NCBI GenBank assembly: GCA_009602735.1
Contig: WELA01002336.1
Location: 187,853 to 229,291 of the forward strand
Source of the DNA: Mesotaenium endlicherianum
Taxonomy: Eukaryota
Direction of reading: 5' to 3'
DNA: 41,439 nucleotides
The notes beneath the pieces are model-generated. The model worked only from the letters and a program-made list of their open reading frames with translations. It made no database searches and was not told the DNA's origin. Of this stretch, positions 23,201-33,476 are shown piece after piece; position 1 is the first letter of the stretch, and every line of letters starts with the position of its first letter. Position numbers and translations under genes: made by a program.

Positions 23201-24435
23201 GCCAAGAAGAGGCGGCGGCAGCAGCAGCATGGTACACCATACTACCCGTGTTGTCAGTGAGTAGCATGCCCCAATGAGTGTGTGTCTTGCGCCTGAAACG
23301 ATGTACAGCCGTCGGCCTTATTGAAGATAGTGCACCCCCCTCTCCCTGAGAGGAACCTCCCCTCTCCTCTTCTTCCTCAAGATATCACCAGCAACAAAGA
23401 ATCCGCATACCACCCCCCCCCCCTNNNNNNNNNNNNNNNNNNNNNNNNNNNNNNNNNNNNNNNNNNNNNNNNNNNNNNNNNNNNNNNNNNNNNNNNNNNN
23501 NNNNNNNNNNNNNNNNNNNNNNNNNNNNNNNNNNNNNNNNNNNNNNNNNNNNNNNNNNNNNNNNNNNNNNNNNNNNNNNNNNNNNNNNNNNNNNNNNNNN
23601 NNNNNNNNNNNNNNNNNNNNNNNNNNNNNNNNNNNNNNNNNNNNNNNNNNNNNNNNNNNNNNNNNNNNNNNNNNNNNNNNNNNNNNNNNNNNNNNNNNNN
23701 NNNNNNNNNNNNNNNNNNNNNNNNNNNNNNNNNNNNNNNNNNNNNNNNNNNNNNNNNNNNNNNNNNNNNNNNNNNNNNNNNNNNNNNNNNNNNNNNNNNN
23801 NNNNNNNNNNNNNNNNNNNNNNNNNNNNNNNNNNNNNNNNNNNNNNNNNNNNNNNNNNNNNNNNNNNNNNNNNNNNNNNNNNNNNNNNNNNNNNNNNNNN
23901 NNNNNNNNNNNNNNNNNNNNNNNNNNNNNNNNNNNNNNNNNNNNNNNNNNNNNNNNNNNNNNNNNNNNNNNNNNNNNNNNNNNNNNNNNNNNNNNNNNNN
24001 NNNNNNNNNNNNNNNNNNNNNNNNNNNNNNNNNNNNNNNNNNNNNNNNNNNNNNNNNNNNNNNNNNNNNNNNNNNNNNNNNNNNNNNNNNNNNNNNNNNN
24101 NNNNNNNNNNNNNNNNNNNNNNNNNNNNNNNNNNNNNNNNNNNNNNNNNNNNNNNNNNNNNNNNNNNNNNNNNNNNNNNNNNNNNNNNNNNNNNNNNNNN
24201 NNNNNNNNNNNNNNNNNNNNNNNNNNNNNNNNNNNNNNNNNNNNNNNNNNNNNNNNNNNNNNNNNNNNNNNNNNNNNNNNNNNNNNNNNNNNNNNNNNNN
24301 NNNNNNNNNNNNNNNNNNNNNNNNNNNNNNNNNNNNNNNNNNNNNNNNNNNNNNNNNNNNNNNNNNNNNNNNNNNNNNNNNNNNNNNNNNNNNNNNNNNN
24401 NNNNNNNNNNNNNNCCCGCCCCCCACACTATCAGA

Positions 24436-27400
24436 TCAAGTGTTCTGATCACCCCATCCAGCCGACGCCATGTTGACGCCCATCATGAGGCGCTCCAGCG
24501 CAGTCGCCTTGTCGCGGTTGAAGGAGCTGCTGGAGCCCATCTTGCGGCCACTTGGCGGCACGCCGGCTCCCATCGGCGACGAGGCCGAGGCGGCCGAGGC
24601 TGACGCCGCTGCCATGGCCGCCATGGCCTCGTCCATGTTGCCGCCGTTCTGCTTCACCATGCGCTGCACCCACGCCATGTCGGGCTCGCCGCCCTCCTGC
24701 GGCGCCGGCATTGACGTGCTGCGCCGCACAAAATTGCCCCCACCCTGCCCCAGCTGCTGCCCCTGGTGCTGCATCTGCTGCTGCTGCTGTCCCTCCTCGT
24801 ACTGGCGCAGGCCCCAGTCGGGCTTGCCCGTAGGAGACCCCCAATCGGCGTAGTTCTGCTGTCCATGCCCTGCGGGCGAGGGGTGGGGGACGGACGGGGA
24901 CAGCGGGGGGCCGCCCTCCCTATCCCTCCAGCCGCCGCCCCCACGTGCCCCGTGGCGCCGCGCGTTGAGAGCCGCTGCCAGAGCTGACTGCTGGTTGTGG
25001 TGGACAGATGGCGACAGGGGGACGGGGCCCCCGCCGCCCCGGCTCCCGTCGCCGCCACCCCCGCCCCCGCTGCCGCCTCCGCTGCCGCCGCCGCCGTTGC
25101 CCCCTCCGCTGCTGTTCATGCTGCTGGCAGCTGCCATGTTGGCCTTCTGAAGAGCCTCCAGCTGTTGCAGGAGCTGCTCGTCGCTAAACTTCTTGTTGCC
25201 GCCCCCGCCACCGCCACGCCTGCCACCTGGCGAGCTGGCGGAGAAGTAGTTGGGTGTGGCCGCCAGCGAGGCATTGAGGGGCGAGGGCAGCGGCGACGCC
25301 ATATGGTTCCCTGACGGGCCGCCACCGCCTCCGCCACCTCCTCCACCACCGCCGCCTTCTGCCAGGTAGTCGTCCATGGCGTGGGAGGGCGAGGGTGGGA
25401 TCTGCAGGCCCAACCCCGCAAAAGAGCGCATGGGGCGCGCGGAGGGCATAGGACGAGGGGAGGAGGGCCCGTTGCTGCTCTGCACCTGCGCCGCCACCGC
25501 CGCCTGCAGCCGCGCCTGCGCTGACAGCTGCGCAAAATCGGCTGCCAGGTACTCGGCCTCGGCACGCTGGTGGAGGTCCAGAAGGGCCTCCGCCTCCTCC
25601 TGGGCGGCGAGGTCGCGTGCGTGCAGCGCCGCCCGGAGGCGGCTGCTGGAGGGCATGCCATTTGGCAGGTGCAGAGTAGGCACTGAGCTTTGCTGCGACT
25701 GGGACTGTGGCCACGAGGCGTGTGAGCTGCCGCCGCCGCCTCCACCTGCTCCCCCGGACGGGGACATGGGCGGAGTCAGGGAGGTGCCGCCTGGCGTGGG
25801 AGGGAACTGCGACATCATGTGCGCCGACGACGCGTAAGGGGACTGCGGGGGGGGCTCCGGGGAGAGGCTCATGGAGCGCATGTTGATGGGCGACGAGGAG
25901 CGCGGCGACGGCACAGAGGAGGCCGTGGCGGCGTACAGCGGGCGGAGCTCCTCGGAGGTGTGCGCGAAGAAGCACACGCGGCGTGCGCACCCAGTCCCGT
26001 CCTTGCACAGCCTGTGGGACGCCCGGCCAGCACCCCACCCCAAGCAAGCGCTCGTCTACGACGTGAGACAGAGAGCAGTGCCCTTCAAGCCACTAAGGCA
26101 GCTCGCAAGAGGGTGCAGCTGCTGGGGCAGGCGAGTAAAAGCGACTACGGGCATGGGCACGCACGCATACAAATAACCAGCGGGTATGGATACATAGCTT
26201 AGCCTGACTTATGAGAGTGCAATTTACCAGCTCATGAGCCAACGACCGTCATAAAATAACCCCACACTGCAGACACGGGCTACAGAGGACAGAACATCTA
26301 ACCTGCTTGCTGCCCCTGCAGGTGCAGCGACATGCATGGGGGCGGGCCCGATCTATAGGAGGCATTGCTGCAGCAGCTCCGACTGGGAAGGGGGGGGGGA
26401 ATTGATAGCAGGAGAGGACATAGGGCAAGATTGACAGGAGGAGTATCTCGCAAGCTGGAAACAACATCGACACACGCACGCACCTTGTACGGTACTGGGC
26501 GGGGTGCAGCCAGCACTCAAAGACGCCGTGGGCGTACTCGCACGCGTCGCCGCGTCGGCACGCGCCCTTGCGGAAGTCGGGGCACGGCACGCAGCTGTAG
26601 TGAAAGCGGCGCGGGTCGCGGCGGCGCGCGTTCTCGCCAGGGTGCACGAAGGGGCACTCGGTCCAGTCGTGGCTGTACGCACGCGAGCACGGGCGCACCT
26701 TAAAGCTGAACATGCGGAACTCGTCCGTCGCGTAAATGCTGTTCTTGATGTCGGGGAGGGACGGGTCGGAGGGGTACTCGCGCCCGCCGCCTGGGACGTG
26801 CTCTCCGGGGGGGCCCGAGCTGGCGGGCGGCGAGCCGGCGAGCGGGGAGCGCGGGGGGGAGGAGGAGTGTGCGTGTGAGTGCGCGCTCCCCCCGCTGCCA
26901 CCGCCCGGGTCAACCGCGACCAGCGAGGAGGAGCGCGGCGTGATGGGCAAGTCGGCCATGCTCATGCTGCTGAGGCCCGACTTAAGCATGCGCTCCAGCG
27001 ACGCCTTAACGTGCGCGAGCTTGGGCGACACCATGATGATGTCGGCAGGCTTGCGGCCGTGCGCGTCGACGGCGTCCTTGTCGGCGCCGGCGCGCAGCAG
27101 CAACGCCACGGTCTCGGCGGCGCGCGCGCTGCCGCCCGCCGCCGCGCAGTGCAGCACCGTGCTGCTGTCGGCGCCGCACGAGCGGTTGATGTCCGCGCCG
27201 CACGAGCGGTAGCACGACAGGATGAAGTGCAGCACCTCAATGCTGCCGTACAGCGCCGCCACCATGGCGGGCGTGCGCTCCACCAGCACCATCTGCGTGG
27301 TCCCGCTCAGCCGCCCGTACCAGTTGCCCACCTCCTCGCAGTCCAGCTTCTCCTTCTCAACGGCCGCCCGGAACGCCGCCAGCCCGTTGTTGGCAGCCAG

Positions 27401-27652
27401 CTCCAGCAGCGTGTGCTGCCCCTTGCCACCTGTCGCGTTGCCAGGGGGGCCGCCGCCGCCGCCGCCGCCGCTGCCGCCAGGCCTGCCCGCCGCTTGGCTG
27501 CCCTCTGCAAAAAGGGTATTGAGAAACTCGCGGGGCAGCTGGCTGTGCGGTATGGGCCGGCAGGCCTCCATGAGGGGGAACTGGAACACGTTGGAGCTTG
27601 CGAGGCTCGCGTTGGCTTGGTGCAAGTCCGCATCTGCCGACGTGCCGTTCAT
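24436..27652 (-). CDS. Ankyrin-repeat tandem CCCH zinc-finger protein (RR-TZF, plant TZF7-11/OXS2-like), 2 exons
   Basis: Exon 1 is 27652-26484 (alternative in-frame ATG at 27748) and exon 2 is 26011-24436 (phase-2 GT-AG, R|LCKDG). Motifs: [33 protein letters not shown] (ankyrin), [99 protein letters not shown]. Confidence 0.93.
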
Positions 27653-30600
27653 GTCCCCCACGCCGCACTGACCCCCCAAACTCCACGCCCGCCCCAGAAG
27701 CACCTTGCATGCATCAGCCCCAGCCTCCTCTCTTGACAGCAGTGCCATGAGCAATAGAGGATTAACCACCTCAATGGAAGGGCCAAACAGAGACTTATAC
27801 ACGGAAGGCCTCCGTGGCCGTTGGTGCACGTCTGCCAAGAAGCAATCGCTACATCAGCAGCAGCCCCCCGGCTGCCATTGAGCTACCGCCTTTCCACGCC
27901 TCTTGAAGAATTTTCTAGGGATACAGCAGCAGCAGCAGGAGGGGGAGGAAGGAGAGGGGGACCAAAAGGGCAGGAGGACAGAAACAAGCACGCGCCACGG
28001 AGGGGCAACTGAGGAGGTGCACCTGGTGCTCCCACGTCATGATCGCCTCGCACAGAAACGGCGTCAAGCGCAGGGAGATGAGCTCTGCGATGTTGAGCGG
28101 ACTCGTGGGGGCCGCGCCGTAGAGGCTGCCGATCTCGGCCGCCTCGTACACCAGGTCCCGAAAGCCGCCCAGCCTGTCGCCGCCGCCAGCGTCGTCGTTG
28201 CCTTTGGATGCTGCAAAGGTGTCACTGCCGCCGCTGCCGCCGCCGCCGCTGCTCGAGAAAAGCCAGCGCAGGTCGAGCCCGAAGTGGAAGGCGCCCCGCT
28301 CCGCCAGCTCAGCGAGGTGCGAGAGCGCGCCCAACAGGCGGACCAGTTTCGGCACGCGGTCTATGTACACGCCCGCCAGCGCGTCCGCCCTCTGCTCGTC
28401 CATCCGCACAGGCAAGTGAGCACACGAAACCCGTGCAATGAACGTCGGACAATGAGAGGCGCACTGCATGTTTGCACCTAGCGAGAGGAAATTGCCCCGC
28501 TCACCCGCACGGAAGGCAGCAGCTCAAATCCTCATCTCCCCCCCAACCCCCCCTCCCGCCCGGCATAAACTCCCGAGGCCCATGTCATTTTTGCCCATCA
28601 ACGACAATTTACCCTAAATTTTGTCTTCTTCAAACTGCTCTGCTAGCACAGCACAACAAGCTCAGAAAAATTAGATGACCCCCATTTCTTCAGAGGTTTT
28701 TCACCAAGTGGGTCACGTACAGAAGATAGAGTATGCAGAAATATGGCGTCCATTACTTGGGACAAATGAGCTTGTCACAAACCTCAGTAAACATTGGTCA
28801 AACCAAACAACACGGCCAGCTGCTCGTCTTCCACTCAAAGCCACATTCTCATAATCCACACCTCTACCCATTCTTGCCCTTACCCAGTCTGTTGCCGAGA
28901 AGGGTGGAGCGTAGGCAGCTGCCCAGTAGAGGGGGAACCACCAAAAAAGTATAGCAAAGAGCAGAAAGTTCACCTTTCATTTTCTTCCAGCCTAGAAGGC
29001 GCATTCAACCACAACATTCTGACAATCCAACTCTGAAGCTCAACACAAGAGGCATCGCACACACAACACACATGCTTGCGAGAGGGGAGACATGCAGAAT
29101 ACCCAACAGGCTTCTCACATGCACAACTGCGCCACACAGCCACGCGTGGAGCAAAGACCACAGCAACGCGCCTTTTCATGTATTCAAGCGTCTCACGAAT
29201 GCAGAGTCCAATCCTAAGTCTAATATTTTCCCTGCCTTCCTCTTTGTGTGTGTTTGTTGGAGGAGGGGGGGGNNNNNNNNNNNNNNNNNNNNNNNNNNNN
29301 NNNNNNNNNNNNNNNNNNNNNNNNNNNNNNNNNNNNNNNNNNNNNNNNNNNNNNNNNNNNNNNNNNNNNNNNNNNNNNNNNNNNNNNNNNNNNNNNNNNN
29401 NNNNNNNNNNNNNNNNNNNNNNNNNNNNNNNNNNNNNNNNNNNNNNNNNNNNNNNNNNNNNNNNNNNNNNNNNNNNNNNNNNNNNNNNNNNNNNNNNNNN
29501 NNNNNNNNNNNNNNNNNNNNNNNNNNNNNNNNNNNNNNNNNNNNNNNNNNNNNNNNNNNNNNNNNNNNNNNNNNNNNNNNNNNNNNNNNNNNNNNNNNNN
29601 NNNNNNNNNNNNNNNNNNNNNNNNNNNNNNNNNNNNNNNNNNNNNNNNNNNNNNNNNNNNNNNNNNNNNNNNNNNNNNNNNNNNNNNNNNNNNNNNNNNN
29701 NNNNNNNNNNNNNNNNNNNNNNNNNNNNNNNNNNNNNNNNNNNNNNNNNNNNNNNNNNNNNNNNNNNNNNNNNNNNNNNNNNNNNNNNNNNNNNNNNNNN
29801 NNNNNNNNNNNNNNNNNNNNNNNNNNNNNNNNNNNNNNNNNNNNNNNNNNNNNNNNNNNNNNNNNNNNNNNNNNNNNNNNNNNNNNNNNNNNNNNNNNNN
29901 NNNNNNNNNNNNNNNNNNNNNNNNNNNNNNNNNNNNNNNNNNNNNNNNNNNNNNNNNNNNNNNNNNNNNNNNNNNNNNNNNNNNNNNNNNNNNNNNNNNN
30001 NNNNNNNNNNNNNNNNNNNNNNNNNNNNNNNNNNNNNNNNNNNNNNNNNNNNGGGGGGGGGGGGAGGGGGGGAGGTTTCGAGTGCAACGGGACGTCGCAT
30101 GAATGTATACCGCGACAAACACAGGGCCCATCTTCTGCAGGAAGGAGGCGTCAAGGTCAGGTTTGCTGCCGCCGGACTCCCTGCCCCTGTCAAGCATCTC
30201 GCGTCGTTCCTGCCTCGACTTGCCTAGCAGCCAGTCCTCGAGAGCGCTCCCCCGTTGCCTCCAGTGCCGCAAGTACGTCACTGCAGGCATAGAGGCAGGC
30301 ACCCGCCCATGCGACCCACAGCCACGAATGAACCTCAGTCAATCTACCAGGTCAGTCTGTCGGATGCCGATGCAGTGAGCCTCCATTCATTTATAGCTCC
30401 ATTCATTTACTGTGCATGTCCCTCTCCCACGTTCTGATAGCCCAAACCATCTGTGGCGCTTCCTCATCTGCTGTCTCTTCCCTCGTATGTCGCCTTGATA
30501 CAAAACGCTCGCAATGAACGGCGGGGGAAGGGGGGTTCGACGGGGAACAATTCCAGTAAACTCCCTGCTAGGGCTATGCACTAGCCTTGAGCTAGTCGCC

Positions 30601-32731
30601 TGACAGCAACCGGGCAAGTCCAGACTCAACCGATATTGGAAAACCGAGCCTACTTCAGAAGGCTCGAGTCTCCTCTTAAGTCTTGTCTCACCTCGCCAAG
30701 CTACTCCAAGCTAGCAGGGTGTGGCTCAGGCGCCCATGCACCGGCAGCAGGCTCTTTTATTAAGGGGTGCAGCAATGCCTAGCTATACACCAGACATTCT
30801 GCCAAACCAATGGATTTGAACAACAAGAGAGTGCTTGGCAGGGTAGATGTAAAGGAAGCCACGACTAACAGTGACCAAGAGGATCAACAAAAAAAAGGCT
30901 TCAGGCTCTACAGAGGAACCCAGCCATGCCACGCAGGTCAGGCCCGGGTAGCATGCAGGAGGAAGCACGCAGACATGTGACATTGTGCGAAGCCAAGCTA
31001 CATCCTGCCTGAAGCATATCCAATAGGTTGCAAACCCTAATTGGCAACAGCTGCTACTGGAATTAGACCTCGACCATCCTTTATGACCTTTGTTTGCACA
31101 TCCGAGTGAAGCAGTTTTGGTAGATGCAAATGAGCAACTCACTCAAGTATCCTAAGATAATGGACGGCCTTAGCCGAATATGACTCACGCCGAACAGGTT
31201 AAAGCTTCCAACGGACTTGCCAGTAAGGCCATGTACATACACGTCATTGTTACAATGAGCTCAAAGGGGCTGTCAAAGAGTCAGCATCATGTCATGTCTA
31301 ATGCAGAGGTTTCAAAAAAAAGCTCAATACTGCTAGGCACTTTGGACCTTCCATAGCTACTTCACATCTCCAGATTGCGCCCTGCTGCCCAATGGACAAG
31401 CGAGAGAAAGAAGCGGTAATCCATGCCAGAAAGGAGCAAATCTCTGCCTGGCAAATACAAGCTCATGGCATTACAGACTGGAAAACCAGGGTGAGGAGGA
31501 TGATGAATAGAAGTCCACCTTCAGCTCTATGGAGGAAGCTCTTCATGGCGACAGCTTGGTCATGGCGAGGATATGAGTCTTGCTTTGCCCATTCCTGATA
31601 CTGTGCTATAGAGACTTCACCATACTCTAAGAAGAAGGTCTGCAAACAGGTATGATAGTTATCTATCTCAGGAGCGAGGTGGCAAGCCTTCATGATGGCT
31701 TCAAGGCACTCCTTAGACCTGGATAAAATGTGCCCTCAGACACCCCATCAGCAATAACCCTAAGTGAGCATTTGAGCAATACTAACCTTATTTCTATTGT
31801 GGCGTCATCCATAAGAAAGCTTCTACTCCTAAAAACATAGACTCAGTAGATGCTCAACAGCTCCTGTGAGAAGCCATGGATGAAGACCATCTATGCTACC
31901 TGAAACATCATCAGAACTGGCCAACGCTCTCGGATACTAAAACGAACGACTTCTTTTCAAGATACTCACGCACATTGTTACAACAAAGATGTGTTGATGG
32001 GTTCACAAAGACCCATACGGAGTGGCTCCAACAGAGATGCCTATACGCTCTCTGAAGGTAAAAGAGGACCAACACTGAACAGTGACGCTCTAAAAAACTT
32101 CCAGAATTCCAAGAAGGTCCGCACTTGCATGGCCAGTAAATCCCAATCAGGACCCGATTACCTTCCCGTCTCAAAACATGCAGCGGCAAGAAGAAACCAT
32201 CCCCTGTGATAATCCGCTGCCAGCTTCGTTGACTCATTTGCATCCTTAATAGCTGCCTCGTACTGCTTAGATAAGATCGCAGCATGCGCCCGATTGCAAA
32301 ATATAATGTGGTTGGGCTCTATATCAAGAGCCCGGTTGTAATAAGACATGGCCTCCTGTACACGCACTCCAAACAAGATTGCTTCTTTCCCCATCTCGTT
32401 AAGAAGCTTCTGTTCGTCAGATACATCTCTGACACTTTCTGGGAGATATTCAAGAGAAAAACTCAGTGCTCTTCCAGGCGTCATTAATTCCATTAAAAAC
32501 TTAGAGTCGCAATGACTTTGACTAGTACTCCAGAGTTGATCATGTATGTACACTATTGCAACTTCAGAAAAGACAATCGCTATCTGCTGGTGCTAGTGGT
32601 TTATGCACATGAAATTACCATTCGTGTTTAAGAAAGTCAATAAACCCATGCGTCATGCCCTCTAAACTTGACGGGAGAATGCAGGGTCTTTCAAACTAGG
32701 CTACACCACCTTTCAAAGTTCCAAAAAACAT
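27649..32731 (-). CDS. Multi-exon protein with N-terminal TPR repeats and an unrecognised C-terminal region
   Basis: Phase-compatible GT-AG exons: putative 32731-32710 (MFFGTLK); 32438-32162 ([58 protein letters not shown]); 31718-31519 ([17 protein letters not shown]); 31447-31366; 31269 to ~31240/31189; 30280-30111 ([18 protein letters not shown]); 28391-28023 ([15 protein letters not shown]...TWEHQ). The last exon is either 27914-27849 or 27831-27649. One junction near 31.2 kb is ambiguous and a gap (29273-30052) may hide exons. Confidence 0.6.
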
Positions 32732-33315
32732 TTCGCTTCGTAAATAGACCAACCGGTGAACAAGCGTTTTTCCCGTCTATGAACCTGGTTACATCAACCA
32801 AGAAGGCACGTTATTACGATGTACTGAGGCAATACCATACAATAGAGTAATTATGTATGCCCTGATTATCATCAGATAAATATGGCGGTCAATACGAGTG
32901 TTTTTTCGACGATGAGCCCTCTTGTTCACTCGTGCATGGTCATTTGGTAGTGCATGGTAAGTACGAATAAAAGTACTATAGCAAGGGGGAAGTTCAACCG
33001 GGAGTTTTTGAGGGTACGTGATCTTGCGCGGCCACTCCATATTCCATTGAAATTTTCTAATGACTTCGAATGAAGGAAGATGTTTCAGTTTGGCGATAAT
33101 GGGCGATAATGACCAACGGACCACACCCCGATTGGACCACAGCAGACCACACTGGACTTACGCGTGAGATATTGTGTGGAGCTTGTCAGGGTGCAACGCA
33201 CGTGGAAGCCTAAGGGGAGAGTTGAATTGAACTGGACGAAGTGGGACGAAGTGGCACGATGACAAATTGTAACATGCTGTGTACACTGGATGTGCAATTG
33301 CTCTATGCCAACTTT

Positions 33316-33349
33316 AAGGGCCTAATTGAAGGGCCTAATATAAGGGCCT
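33316..33349. promoter_or_regulatory. Three AAGGGCCT motifs at 13-bp period in the divergent promoter (site II-like GGGCC)
   Basis: aagggcctaattg-aagggcctaatat-aagggcct, about 130 bp upstream of the hydrolase ATG, between head-to-head genes. Confidence 0.35.
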
Positions 33350-33476
33350 TTGATGACTCGAGTGCATCGCCTATCTAAGGAAGCGGGACTAACGGTCCTT
33401 AAGCTGCATACTTGACCAATCACAAGGTCGTTGTTCCTGTGATCTGTAGTTGGAATAGGCATTCCGTTGCACACTA

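Noticed and set aside
20700..23300. Short ORFs between the convergent SIG5 and TZF genes
   Set aside because: No recognisable motifs or consistent exon chain; probably UTR or intergenic.
23321..24452. Long ORFs of 349-375 aa
   Set aside because: Artefacts of the N gap 23425-24414.
27665..27700. Programmed -1 frameshift fusing the upstream frame to TZF
   Set aside because: Both frames are open, but no correctly phased X XXY YYZ slippery heptamer is visible.
24449..28481. Many antisense and alternative-frame ORFs over the TZF and TPR exons
   Set aside because: Expected shadows of very GC-rich coding sequence; no motifs.
28974..29032. Possible extra TPR-gene exon ([20 protein letters not shown])
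   Set aside because: It has AG/GT borders but needs a weaker downstream acceptor, and the flanking exons already join in phase without it.
28970..30302. Long ORFs of 284-407 aa
   Set aside because: They span the N gap 29273-30052; only 30280-30111 is supported as an exon.
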